Shown: positions 39,140 through 48,506 of the stretch, one piece after another
How the letters are laid out: the number at the start of each line of letters is the position of its first letter
Position numbering within the stretch: the first letter of the stretch is position 1
Assembly: GCA_016207165.1 (NCBI GenBank)
Contig: JACQQD010000005.1
Location: 140,088 to 204,087, forward strand
Origin: Candidatus Micrarchaeota archaeon
GTDB lineage: Archaea > Micrarchaeota > Micrarchaeia > Norongarragalinales > Norongarragalinaceae
Length of the DNA stretch: 64,000 bases
Direction: 5' to 3'
Notes under the pieces: generated by a model
The model's database searches: none
The model's input: the letters and a program-made list of their open reading frames with translations, nothing else
Told to the model about the DNA's origin: nothing
Made by a program: the position numbers and the translations under genes

Positions 39140-39784
39140 ATGTGGGTGGCTACTTTCAAAGCGTGGCACGAATCGCGTTTTTTGCGCCTCACGGAACGCC
39201 TCGACGTGCGCATGACGGCCTACTACTTGAATACCTTTCGGGAGCGCGGCCAAACCGTGATCAACCGCCTGACGTTCGTGGAGGGCCCGGACGCCGAAAA
39301 AGCCATCCAATCCATTCTAGAGGAGCCGCGCATCAAAGTCGTTGAACGCACCGGCAACCAGCTCATCTACCAATTGCCGGAACTTCGGGGCTTTCACAAC
39401 GTGGTGGCCGACCGCCGGTTCATCTTCGTCAAACCCATGTACGTGGAAAACGGTTTTGAGTATTGGACCGTGGCGTCGCTTCGCAAGAAAGACTTGCTTT
39501 CGTTGTACCGCAATCTCAAGAAACTCAAGTTCAAAGCCACGGTGGACCTCTTGTCCATCCACCCGCAAACCCCGCGCTTCATGCACTACGGGTTGTTGAC
39601 GGATTTGACCGACAAACAGCGAAAGGTGCTGGATGCCGCGTTTGCCTTGGGGTATTATTCCTATCCCCGGCGCACCGACGCACGGGGCCTGGCCAAGGCA
39701 CTGGGCATTCCGTACACGACCTGCATGGAGCACCTGCGGAAAGCCGAGTCCAAGGTTATGGAGGCCCTATCCGGAAAGCCGTAA
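39140..39784 (+). CDS. HTH_10-type transcriptional regulator 2
   Basis: MWVA.F..WH start; LTDKQ....A...GYY.YPR.....LA..LG...T...HLRKAE. Confidence 0.88.
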   Translation: MWVATFKAWHESRFLRLTERLDVRMTAYYLNTFRERGQTVINRLTFVEGPDAEKAIQSILEEPRIKVVERTGNQLIYQLPELRGFHNVVADRRFIFVKPMYVENGFEYWTVASLRKKDLLSLYRNLKKLKFKATVDLLSIHPQTPRFMHYGLLTDLTDKQRKVLDAAFALGYYSYPRRTDARGLAKALGIPYTTCMEHLRKAESKVMEALSGKP

Positions 39785-39792
39785 TAGTACGG
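39779..39792. promoter_or_regulatory. CCG-N8-CGG palindrome upstream of TATA (site 2)
   Basis: CCGTAATAGTACGG, TTTTTATT about 7 nt later, ATG 39830. Confidence 0.6.
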
Positions 39793-39829
39793 CACCACTT
39801 TTTTATTCCGCTCCAGCCACCGCAAACCC

Positions 39830-41257
39830 ATGGAATTGGAAGTCCTGGAGCACGAGTTCAACGCCGCACCGTTTCCCATTTTCTGCGTGGGTGAAGCCGT
39901 CACCACGCGATGGAAGCCTCACCTGGGCCGAAACGTGGACGTGTTCGCCATGGACTTGGACGGCACGAAACTCCGCTGGATTCTGTCGATGGATTCCTGG
40001 AACGCCTGCGCCGACGCGTTGTTCGACGTTTTCTCCAAAGACCCCGATTCCTTTTGGATTCTGGAAAAAAACGTCCGACGCACCGTGTCTGAACTTTGGG
40101 ACTTCGCCAAAGACTGGAAGACGCGCGACTTCTCGGCGTGCGCCCACCCCGAACTTTTTTCCCTCTACGCCGGTTTTCTGCAACGGCTCCGCACCACCTT
40201 TGAATACGGCGTACTGCTGAGCATCGCCGATTTTAACCCGCCCAAGCTGACGTTGCACCTGCAAGCCATCGCGCAAAAGCGCTTCGGCGAAAACGCCAAC
40301 GCCGCGTTTACCACCCTGACGACCAACGTCGACGAGCACACCTACCAAAAGGACGAGGAACTGGATTTCCTGCGCATTCTAGCGCTTCCGGAAAGCCGCC
40401 GCCCCGACGCCATCCGCGAACACGCCGAACGATTTGGGTTTCTCTCGTACGGATATCGGGGGCCCGTGACGTGGACGGAAGCCTACTTTGCGGAATTGGT
40501 GGCGGCGAGTGCCACCCCGGGCTTGGGCCCCGCGCAAAAGCTGAAGCAACATGAGTACGACGCCCAAAAAACCCGGGAAGCCATCCACGTCCTTGAATCC
40601 AAATTGTCCGACGAAGAAAAAAAGTGGTTTTCCATTGGAAGAAAACTCGTATTCTTGAAGCCTTGGCGCAAGGAAAGCCAAATTAGGACCTATCCATTGG
40701 CTGAACGGCTTTTGCGGGAAATCGCCAAACGCCTCGACGTTCCACTGGAAGCCACCAAGTACCTCACGGAAGACGAAATGAAGACGGCGTTGCTGGATGG
40801 CCGCGTGGATGTGGATGAACTCATGGCCCGCAAAAAACGGTGCTTCGTCTTGAGTCAGAACGGCCGAACCGCGATTTACTCCGGCGAAAGAGCCGAAGCG
40901 TGGTCCGCCCAAGTCAAGCCCGAAGAGATTCCCGACGTTCAATTTCTTTCCGGCACTCCGGCCACCGTCGGCCACGTGAAAGGAACGGTATGCATCGTGA
41001 ACGCGCCCGAGGACATCGCCAAAATGAAGGAGGGCTTTATTCTTCTCAGCGTGGCCACCAACCCCTTCCTCATGCCGGCCATCAAGAAAGCGGCGGCCAT
41101 CGTCACCGACCAAGGCGGGCTGACGTGCCACGCCGCCATCGTTTCGCGGGAATTCAACATTCCGTGCGTGGTGGGCACGCGTCATGCCACCCGCATCTTT
41201 AAAGACGGCGATTCCATCGAAGTGGACGCCAAGCTTGGCATCGTCAAAAAGGTGTAA
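39830..41257 (+). CDS. PEP-utilising enzyme mobile domain protein, paralog 3
   Basis: TDQGGLTCHAAIVSREFNIPC. Confidence 0.88.
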   Translation: MELEVLEHEFNAAPFPIFCVGEAVTTRWKPHLGRNVDVFAMDLDGTKLRWILSMDSWNACADALFDVFSKDPDSFWILEKNVRRTVSELWDFAKDWKTRDFSACAHPELFSLYAGFLQRLRTTFEYGVLLSIADFNPPKLTLHLQAIAQKRFGENANAAFTTLTTNVDEHTYQKDEELDFLRILALPESRRPDAIREHAERFGFLSYGYRGPVTWTEAYFAELVAASATPGLGPAQKLKQHEYDAQKTREAIHVLESKLSDEEKKWFSIGRKLVFLKPWRKESQIRTYPLAERLLREIAKRLDVPLEATKYLTEDEMKTALLDGRVDVDELMARKKRCFVLSQNGRTAIYSGERAEAWSAQVKPEEIPDVQFLSGTPATVGHVKGTVCIVNAPEDIAKMKEGFILLSVATNPFLMPAIKKAAAIVTDQGGLTCHAAIVSREFNIPCVVGTRHATRIFKDGDSIEVDAKLGIVKKV

Positions 41258-41277
41258 CTCGGCGTGAAGCCCGTCAT

Positions 41278-41598
41278 TCAGTGTCGTGAAGGCCCTGGAG
41301 TATTCCGAATGGCTGCAGAAGCAATGCGCTTGACCAATTCTTTGCGATTGCCTTTATCAATGAACGGATGACAAACGACTTCGACTTTCGGTATGTGCCG
41401 CAAAGCAGACTGGACTTCCATCCAATCCCAGAATTCATGCAAGACCTTCTCAGTCCAGCCAGAAAAAGTTTTGATGGGTTCTGCCGCAAGCTGCTGTTCG
41501 AGCCGGACTGGTTTTCCGCCCTTCAAAATCCGATTCCGCACTTCCAAATGCAAGTTCCCTGAACCCGCATCTTCTCTTAACGCAATATAGACGTGCAT
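41278..41598 (-). CDS. hypothetical protein
   Basis: 106-aa ORF divergent from hutH; no motif. Confidence 0.45.
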   Translation of the reverse strand: MHVYIALREDAGSGNLHLEVRNRILKGGKPVRLEQQLAAEPIKTFSGWTEKVLHEFWDWMEVQSALRHIPKVEVVCHPFIDKGNRKELVKRIASAAIRNTPGPSRH

Positions 41599-41661
41599 TG
41601 GGTTCCAACGACTTATTCATTCCGCAGCCTTAAAATGCTTTCATTCACAAGTTTGGCTCAG

Positions 41662-43185
41662 GTGGGAAGATTGATCGAACTAGGCCAACGCCTTCTTACA
41701 GTTGAAGACATCGTCCACGTAGCGCGCGAAAACGAAAAAGTCGAGTTGTCCCCCCTTGCGCGCCAACGCATCCAATCCGCCCGAAAAGTCGTCGACGACA
41801 CGTTAGCCTCAGGAATTGTGGCGTACGCCATCAACACCGGGTTTGGCGCACTCAAAAACAAGGTCATCAACCTCCAAGACCAGGAACAACTCCAGAAAAA
41901 TTTCCTGGCCAGCCACGCCGTCGGCGTTGGAACCGCGTTTCCGGAAGAAGTCAGCCGCGCCATGCTGTTGATTCACGCCAACTCCTTGGCTTTGGGCCAC
42001 TCCGGCATCCGCCTTCAAACCGTTGAAACCATGTTGAAACTTCTCAATAAGGGCGTCCACCCCATCATTCCGGAGAAAGGCTCGGTGGGAGCCAGCGGCG
42101 ACTTGGCTCCACAGGCCCACATGGCGCAAGTGCTCACCGGACAAGGCGAGGCCGCCTACAAAAGCCAACGCATGCCCGCCAATGAAGCAATGAACGCCGC
42201 CGGAATTGCCCCCATTATACTGGAAGCCAAGGAGGGCCTGTCCCTTTCCAACGGCACCGCCGCCATGACCGCCGTTGGGGCGCTGTGCGTTTTTGACGCT
42301 GAAGTGCTGGCCGAAACCGCGGACGTGACCGCCGCCATGTCGCTGGAGGCGTTGATGGGAACCGACGCGGCCTTGGATGAGAAAATCCACGCCCTAAAGC
42401 CTCACGCCGGACAAAAAATCGTTGCCGCCCACATGGGGTCCCTTACCAAGGACAGTCAAATCATGGCTTCCCACAAAGACTGCGACCGCGTCCAAGACGC
42501 GTACAGTCTCCGCTGCATTCCGCAGGTTCACGGCGCGTCGCGCGACGCGATTGCCTACGCAAAAAAAGTGGTGGAAACCGAGATGAACTCGGCGACGGAC
42601 AACCCACTCATCTTCGAAAACGGCCAAGTCATTTCCGGAGGCAACTTCCACGGCCAGCCCGTGGCCTTGGCCATGGACTTTTTGGGCATTGCCGTGGCCG
42701 AGCTGGGCAGCATTTCCGAGCGGCGCACCTTCCGTTTGGTGGACCCCAAGCTCAACGAAGGCCTTCCCCCCTTTTTGGTAAAAGACAGCGGTTTGAACAC
42801 CGGGTACATGATCCTGCAATACACGGCCGCCGCCTTGGTTTCGGAAAACAAGGTTCTTTCCCACCCCGCATCCGTGGACTCCATTCCCACGTGCGCCAAC
42901 CAAGAAGACCACGTCAGCATGGGCACCATCGCCGCCCGGAAAGCCGCGCAAATCATTGACCACGTCCAGCACGTCGCTGCCGTTGAAGCGCTGTGCGCCG
43001 CCCAAGCCCTGGATTTCCGCTTGCCCTTGAAATCCGGGGAAGGCACCCGCAAGGCGCATGCCTGCGTGCGCGCAAAGGTGCCTCACATGGAAAACGACCG
43101 TCCCGTGCAACCCGACGTGTTACGCGTTCTGGAATTGATCAAAACCGGCCAACTGTTGCAATCCACGAAACAAAAAAGGGGTTGA
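41662..43185 (+). CDS. hutH: histidine ammonia-lyase
   Basis: Y.INTGFG, ASH specificity loop, MIO motif [28 protein letters not shown]; start 41662 or 41671. Confidence 0.95.
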   Translation: MGRLIELGQRLLTVEDIVHVARENEKVELSPLARQRIQSARKVVDDTLASGIVAYAINTGFGALKNKVINLQDQEQLQKNFLASHAVGVGTAFPEEVSRAMLLIHANSLALGHSGIRLQTVETMLKLLNKGVHPIIPEKGSVGASGDLAPQAHMAQVLTGQGEAAYKSQRMPANEAMNAAGIAPIILEAKEGLSLSNGTAAMTAVGALCVFDAEVLAETADVTAAMSLEALMGTDAALDEKIHALKPHAGQKIVAAHMGSLTKDSQIMASHKDCDRVQDAYSLRCIPQVHGASRDAIAYAKKVVETEMNSATDNPLIFENGQVISGGNFHGQPVALAMDFLGIAVAELGSISERRTFRLVDPKLNEGLPPFLVKDSGLNTGYMILQYTAAALVSENKVLSHPASVDSIPTCANQEDHVSMGTIAARKAAQIIDHVQHVAAVEALCAAQALDFRLPLKSGEGTRKAHACVRAKVPHMENDRPVQPDVLRVLELIKTGQLLQSTKQKRG

Positions 43186-43190
43186 CCTTC

Positions 43191-44888
43191 ATGTCTCGGC
43201 CCATGTTTTACGAAGAACGCCCCGCCAAACCGGTTTACCCCAACACGGAAAAGGTTTGCAAGACGTGGGAAGCCGAAGCCGCATTGCGCATGCTGCAGAA
43301 CAACGTCAGCCCGCCCATCGCCGTGCAACCCGAGGAACTCATCGTGTACGGCGGATCGGGCCGGGCCTCCCGAAACTGGCGCGCCTACAACGACATCGTC
43401 AAGTGCCTTGAAAAATTGGAGCCCGATGAAACCCTCTTGGTGCAATCCGGAAAACCGGTCGCCGTTTTCCAGACTTTCGACCACGCGCCCCGGGTCTTGA
43501 TCGCCAACTCGAATTTGGTTCCGCACTGGGCCACGCAAGCCGAGTTTGACCGACTGGATTTAATGGGTTTGACGATGTACGGACAGATGACGGCCGGGTC
43601 CTGGATTTACATCGGCACGCAAGGCATCCTGCAAGGCACCTATGAAACCTTTTCAGCCCTGGCCAAAAAACACTTCGGCGCCTCCAGCTTGAAAGGCAAA
43701 TTCGTCTTGACGGCCGGAATGGGCGGCATGTCCGGCGCACAACCCCACGCCGTCACCTTCAACGAAGGCGTGGTTCTGGATGTGGAAGTTCGGCCCGAAC
43801 GTGTAAAGCGAAAGGTCAAGGAAGGTTATTGCGACCAAATGACGGAAAACCTGGATGAAGCCCTGTCTTGGGTGACGTCTGCCCAAAACCAAGGGACCCC
43901 GCTTTCCGTTGGTCTGGTGGGCAACGCCGCCACCATTCACGCCGAACTGGTGCGCCGCAACGTCACCCCCGACATCGTCACCGACCAAACCTCGGCCCAC
44001 GACCTCCTCTCTTACGTCCCGGAAGGGCCCTTGCAGGAAATGGACCGCCTCCGCGAAAAAAATCCAGATGAATACCGCCGGCAGTCCCTGGCATCCATCC
44101 AAAAACAGGTGGCCGCGATTTTGGAAATGCAAAAACGCGGCTCCATTTGCTTTGACTACGGCAATAATCTGCGCCGCCAAGCCGAAATTGCGGGCGTGCA
44201 AGGAATTCGAAAAACCGACGGCACCGGGCAGTGGGCCTATCCCGGTTTTGTTCTCGAATATGTTCGCCCGCTGTTTTGTGAAGGCAAAGGCCCGTTCCGC
44301 TGGGCGGCGCTTTCCGGCAACCCCAAAGACATTCAAGTCATTGACGACGCTCTTCTGGACACGTTTCCGGACGACAAAGCGCTGGCCCGCTGGATCCAAT
44401 TGGCCCAAAAGAAGGTGCCGCAAATCGGTCTTCCTTGCCGCGTCTGCTGGCTGGGCTTTGGTGAACGCGCAAAATTCGGCAAAACCATCAACTCGCTTGT
44501 CGCCTCCGGCGAAGTAAGCGCCCCCATCGTGATCGGCCGCGACCATTTGGACTCGGGGTCCGTGGCCTCGCCCAACCGGGAAACGGAAGGCATGAAGGAC
44601 GGCTCGGACGCCATCGCGGACTGGCCCATTTTAAACGCCTTGATCAACACGGCCGCGGGCGCGGACTGGGTGTCGTTTCACCACGGCGGAGGCGTCGGCA
44701 TCGGCTACAGTCTGCATGCCGGCATGGTCGTGGTGGCCACCGGCACCACGGAAAAAGAAAAACGGCTGGAACGCGTCCTGACTACGGATCCCGGCATGGG
44801 CATCGCGCGACACGCCGACGCGGGCTACGACATCGCCATCAAGACGGCGAAAAGAAAAGGCGTCAAGATTCCAAGAATCACGGTCTAA
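43191..44888 (+). CDS. hutU: urocanate hydratase
   Basis: [42 protein letters not shown]. Confidence 0.97.
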   Translation: MSRPMFYEERPAKPVYPNTEKVCKTWEAEAALRMLQNNVSPPIAVQPEELIVYGGSGRASRNWRAYNDIVKCLEKLEPDETLLVQSGKPVAVFQTFDHAPRVLIANSNLVPHWATQAEFDRLDLMGLTMYGQMTAGSWIYIGTQGILQGTYETFSALAKKHFGASSLKGKFVLTAGMGGMSGAQPHAVTFNEGVVLDVEVRPERVKRKVKEGYCDQMTENLDEALSWVTSAQNQGTPLSVGLVGNAATIHAELVRRNVTPDIVTDQTSAHDLLSYVPEGPLQEMDRLREKNPDEYRRQSLASIQKQVAAILEMQKRGSICFDYGNNLRRQAEIAGVQGIRKTDGTGQWAYPGFVLEYVRPLFCEGKGPFRWAALSGNPKDIQVIDDALLDTFPDDKALARWIQLAQKKVPQIGLPCRVCWLGFGERAKFGKTINSLVASGEVSAPIVIGRDHLDSGSVASPNRETEGMKDGSDAIADWPILNALINTAAGADWVSFHHGGGVGIGYSLHAGMVVVATGTTEKEKRLERVLTTDPGMGIARHADAGYDIAIKTAKRKGVKIPRITV

Positions 44889-45502
44889 CGCTTGGAATAA
44901 ACAATTTTCAACATCGAATTTTTCTGGTTTTCCGCTTTTTCCAGGTTCGCCGCCAATTGCGTTCTGACTTCGTTGACGAACGGTTCGTCCTTGATGGCCG
45001 CCAAATTGATTTTCACGTTGTACCCCGCGCCTTGCAACCCCGCGTACGTCATCTGGATGCCGGTGCCCACATCGGAGGCCACGTTCGGGCTGGAAAGTTG
45101 GGCAATAGTTTGTCCGGCCTCCAAGACGCTCAACGCGCACTGCATCGTTTCCAGCGGAGCGGTTGCGGCGTTTTTGAAAGCGGATTGGATGGCGGCAACG
45201 CGTTTGTTTTTTTCTTCTTCCGAGTTTTTCGGCAACGCAAACGCGGCCATAACCTGTTTGAACGCCTCGGTGTCTTCGTCCACCAACTTCATCAATCGTT
45301 CTCTTTCTTTTTCCAGTTGGGGCAACAAGTCGGACAAGGCGGCGTTGGCCTCTTTTTTCGTGGAAATGCGAATCGCCATGCACAGCAAGCCCGCGCCCAG
45401 TGCCGCAGACAAGGCCGCGACCGAGCCGCCGCCGGGAGCCGGCGAATCGGAGGCCACGGCGTCAACGAAGTCGAGGACTTTTTTTTCAACGAGTTTTTCC
45501 AT
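44885..45502 (-). CDS. formiminotetrahydrofolate cyclodeaminase
   Basis: [24 protein letters not shown]. Confidence 0.9.
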   Translation of the reverse strand: MEKLVEKKVLDFVDAVASDSPAPGGGSVAALSAALGAGLLCMAIRISTKKEANAALSDLLPQLEKERERLMKLVDEDTEAFKQVMAAFALPKNSEEEKNKRVAAIQSAFKNAATAPLETMQCALSVLEAGQTIAQLSSPNVASDVGTGIQMTYAGLQGAGYNVKINLAAIKDEPFVNEVRTQLAANLEKAENQKNSMLKIVYSKR

Positions 45503-45520
45503 GCCGTGTTACACTCCGGT

Positions 45521-46423
45521 TCACTCGATCAAACGAGCTTCAATGACTTGATCGGACGTGAAGCTTTCCAGCTTCAAATAGAATGCCGACGTGTCCACCA
45601 ACGCCTGCAGCGGGACCATGCCCACGATTTCGCTCTCGGTGATTTGTACGCCGTGCTTTTCGGCTTCTTTCTTTACGGCTTCAAAGGCCTTGAAGATGGG
45701 TGTTTCCAAATAGTTGACCAAGTTCATGGACACCTGCACGATGCCTTTTTCCCTGATTTCAAAGCCCATGGCCTTGACGTGCGGCAAGCCGCCGTCTTTC
45801 TCCCGCACGGCTTTGGCAATCGCCTTGGCAATGGACACGTCCGCTGTAGCCAAATTGACGTTGAATGCAATCAATGGCATGCGCGCGCCAACCGCGGTGA
45901 AACCCGCGCTTGCATGCATTCGGGTTGGGCCGTAGTCCGGTTTGCGGGACGGATTCGTCTGGAATTCGGCTTTGATGCCTTCGTACTCTCCGCGGCGCAC
46001 GTCCGCCAAATTGGTGCGTGCCGGGGTTTTGGCCGCGGATTCGTACAAGTACACTGGAATACGTAGTTCGTCACCGATTCTTTTTCCGACCTCGTTGGCG
46101 TATTGCACGCACTCTGCCATGGACACGTTTTGAATGGGTATGAAAGGGATGACGTCCGTGGCGCCCATCCGGGGATGCTGTCCGCGGTGTTTTTCCATGT
46201 CGATGAGTTCCGCGGCTTTCTTGCACGCCAAAAAAGCCGCTTGCTTGACTGCCTCCGGTTCGCCCAAGTACGAGACGTCCAACCGGTTGTGGTCTGCATC
46301 CGCGAGACTGGATAGTACCGTGATTCCGGGAACGGATTGAATTTCCGCGATGATGGAGTCCATGACGGCCTGGTTTCTTCCTTCGCTGAAGTTGGGAACG
46401 CATTCCACGATTTTTTTGGCCAT
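45521..46423 (-). CDS. ftcD: glutamate formiminotransferase
   Basis: ECVPNFSEGR, DHNR, HPRMGATDVIPF, VGAR..LIAFN, QVSMN. Confidence 0.95.
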   Translation of the reverse strand: MAKKIVECVPNFSEGRNQAVMDSIIAEIQSVPGITVLSSLADADHNRLDVSYLGEPEAVKQAAFLACKKAAELIDMEKHRGQHPRMGATDVIPFIPIQNVSMAECVQYANEVGKRIGDELRIPVYLYESAAKTPARTNLADVRRGEYEGIKAEFQTNPSRKPDYGPTRMHASAGFTAVGARMPLIAFNVNLATADVSIAKAIAKAVREKDGGLPHVKAMGFEIREKGIVQVSMNLVNYLETPIFKAFEAVKKEAEKHGVQITESEIVGMVPLQALVDTSAFYLKLESFTSDQVIEARLIE

Positions 46424-46520
46424 AACACCCCAAACCCAAAAAGACAAGTCGGCGCAAGGCGCGCTTGAGTTTTGTTGGATGGCCACCGTTTTTAAGGATT
46501 GCAGGGCGCTACATTGTAGA

Positions 46521-47777
46521 ATGGCCAAAATCAAAGCCGACGTGGTAATCCAAAATGCCGGCGAACTTGTCACCGTGGCCTCCAAAGGAAAACCGCTTGC
46601 CGGAAAGAACGCCGGCCACATTGGAGTCATTCCCGACGGCGCCCTGGCCATCGCCGGCCATCGAATCATCGCCGTGGGCACCACGAGCGCCGTGTTGAAA
46701 AACGTGGATGCCGCCGATGCCCAAATCTTTGACGCTTCCGGAAAGACCGTGCTACCCGGTTTCGTGGACTGCCACACGCATCTGGTGTTCGCCGGCTCGC
46801 GCGAAGACGAGCTTGAACTCAAAGCCCAGGGCGTGCCTTACTTGGAAATCCTCAAAAGAGGCGGCGGAATCCTCCAGACGGTCCGGCAAACCCGCGCCGC
46901 ATCAAAAGGCCAACTCGTCGAAAATGCCGTGCGGACCTTGAACACCATGCTGGAACACGGCACCACCACAATCGAGGCCAAATCCGGCTACGGGTTGGAA
47001 GTAAAAACCGAGATGAAAATCCTCGACGCGGCAACCCAAGCCGCCAAGCGTTCGCCCGTGGAAATCGTCAACACGTTTTTGGGCGCGCACGCCGTGCCGC
47101 CGGATGCGACGGCCGACCAATACACGAAAACCGTCATTGAAGAAATGATTCCGCAAGCCGTTGGTAAAGCCGAGTACGGCGACGTGTTCTGCGAAAAGGA
47201 CGTTTTTTCCGTGGACCAAAGCCGCCGCATTTTAAAGGCCGGAAAAAAAGTCGGTCTAAAGACGCGAATTCATGCGGACCAACTCAACAGGACCGGCGGC
47301 GCGGAACTGGCCGCTGAAGTCAACGCCGTGTCCGCCGACCACCTCATCCACGCCTCGACAGACGGCATCCGTCGGATGGCCCAAAGCGGCACCGTCGCCG
47401 TCCTTTTGCCCGCCACCGGACTGTCTTCCATGCTGCCGTACGCACAAGCCCGAGCCTTCATCGACGCCGGCGTTCCAGTCGCCCTTGGAACGGACTTTAA
47501 TCCCAACTGTTGGTGCGAATCCATGCCGTTTTCCATGGCGTTGGCCTGCCGCTACCTCAAGATGACGGCGGCTGAAGCCATCGCCGCGTCCACGATCAAC
47601 GCCGCCCATTCCTTGAACCGCGCGGACCGAATCGGCAGCCTGGAAGTCGGCAAACAGGCCGACGCCGTCATCCTGGACGCGCCCAACCACCAATTTGTTC
47701 CTTACCAATTCGGCGTCAACCGCGTCCAAACCGTCATCAAGAAAGGCAACGTCGTGGTCCAGAAATCCAACGAGTGA
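46521..47777 (+). CDS. hutI: imidazolonepropionase
   Basis: PGFVDCHTH, GGGI..TV, EAKSGYGL, HADQL, SADHL, TDFNP. Confidence 0.95.
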   Translation: MAKIKADVVIQNAGELVTVASKGKPLAGKNAGHIGVIPDGALAIAGHRIIAVGTTSAVLKNVDAADAQIFDASGKTVLPGFVDCHTHLVFAGSREDELELKAQGVPYLEILKRGGGILQTVRQTRAASKGQLVENAVRTLNTMLEHGTTTIEAKSGYGLEVKTEMKILDAATQAAKRSPVEIVNTFLGAHAVPPDATADQYTKTVIEEMIPQAVGKAEYGDVFCEKDVFSVDQSRRILKAGKKVGLKTRIHADQLNRTGGAELAAEVNAVSADHLIHASTDGIRRMAQSGTVAVLLPATGLSSMLPYAQARAFIDAGVPVALGTDFNPNCWCESMPFSMALACRYLKMTAAEAIAASTINAAHSLNRADRIGSLEVGKQADAVILDAPNHQFVPYQFGVNRVQTVIKKGNVVVQKSNE

Positions 47778-47786
47778 AACGAACTC

Positions 47787-48455
47787 ATGTGGGTCGCTGA
47801 ATTCCGCGTCTGGCACGAATCCTCGCACGTGCTTTCGCTGACCAAGAAATTCAACGTGACGGTCCACAGCGTGTATTTGTCCCTCTACAAGAAAGGCCGC
47901 CGCACGCTGATCAACAAAGTCTTCTCCGTCAACGGCCCCGACGCGCAAAAATACATTGCGGAAATGAAGAAAGGACACCAACGCTACCGCGTACGGCACG
48001 TGGAGCAAAACTACGTGTTTTTTTCCATCCCCTTGGACCCCCACGCCATTTCCTACCACGCGTTGGTGCTGGACGACGAAACTTTTTTCGTCCGCCCGTT
48101 CGTCCTGAAAGGCGGATATGAATATTGGACCGTGGCGTCTTGGAACAAAAACGCGTTGACCCAATTGTACAAGAAAACCAAAGCCGCTGGCGAGGCGTCC
48201 TCCATCACGCTTTTGTCCCTCAAAAAAACGCGGGTGGACTTGTTCGTCCCCGACGCCCTCCAGCGCCTCGGCGCCAAGCAAGCCCAGGTTTTGCAATCCG
48301 CGGTCTTTATGGGGTACTATGGTTATCCCCGCAAACTCTCCTTGAAGGTTTTGGCCCGAAAACTCGGCCTCAGCCCGGCCACCGTCCGCGAACACCTGCG
48401 AAACGCGGAAGCCAAGATTTTGCCGGCGGCCACGGAACAGCTGGCGCGGCGTTAA
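47787..48455 (+). CDS. HTH_10-type transcriptional regulator 3
   Basis: MWVAEFRVWH start; GYEYWTVAS; GYY.YPRK.SL..LA..LG....TV.EHLR.AE. Confidence 0.88.
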   Translation: MWVAEFRVWHESSHVLSLTKKFNVTVHSVYLSLYKKGRRTLINKVFSVNGPDAQKYIAEMKKGHQRYRVRHVEQNYVFFSIPLDPHAISYHALVLDDETFFVRPFVLKGGYEYWTVASWNKNALTQLYKKTKAAGEASSITLLSLKKTRVDLFVPDALQRLGAKQAQVLQSAVFMGYYGYPRKLSLKVLARKLGLSPATVREHLRNAEAKILPAATEQLARR

Positions 48456-48456
48456 A

Positions 48457-48470
48457 CCGCGCATGCGCGG
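48457..48470. promoter_or_regulatory. CCG-N8-CGG palindrome upstream of TATA (site 3)
   Basis: Perfect palindrome CCGCGCATGCGCGG, TTTAAG 10 nt later, ATG 48507. Confidence 0.6.
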
Positions 48471-48506
48471 GTCAAACCCATTTAAGGCCAGACGTTAACC
48501 GTTTAA

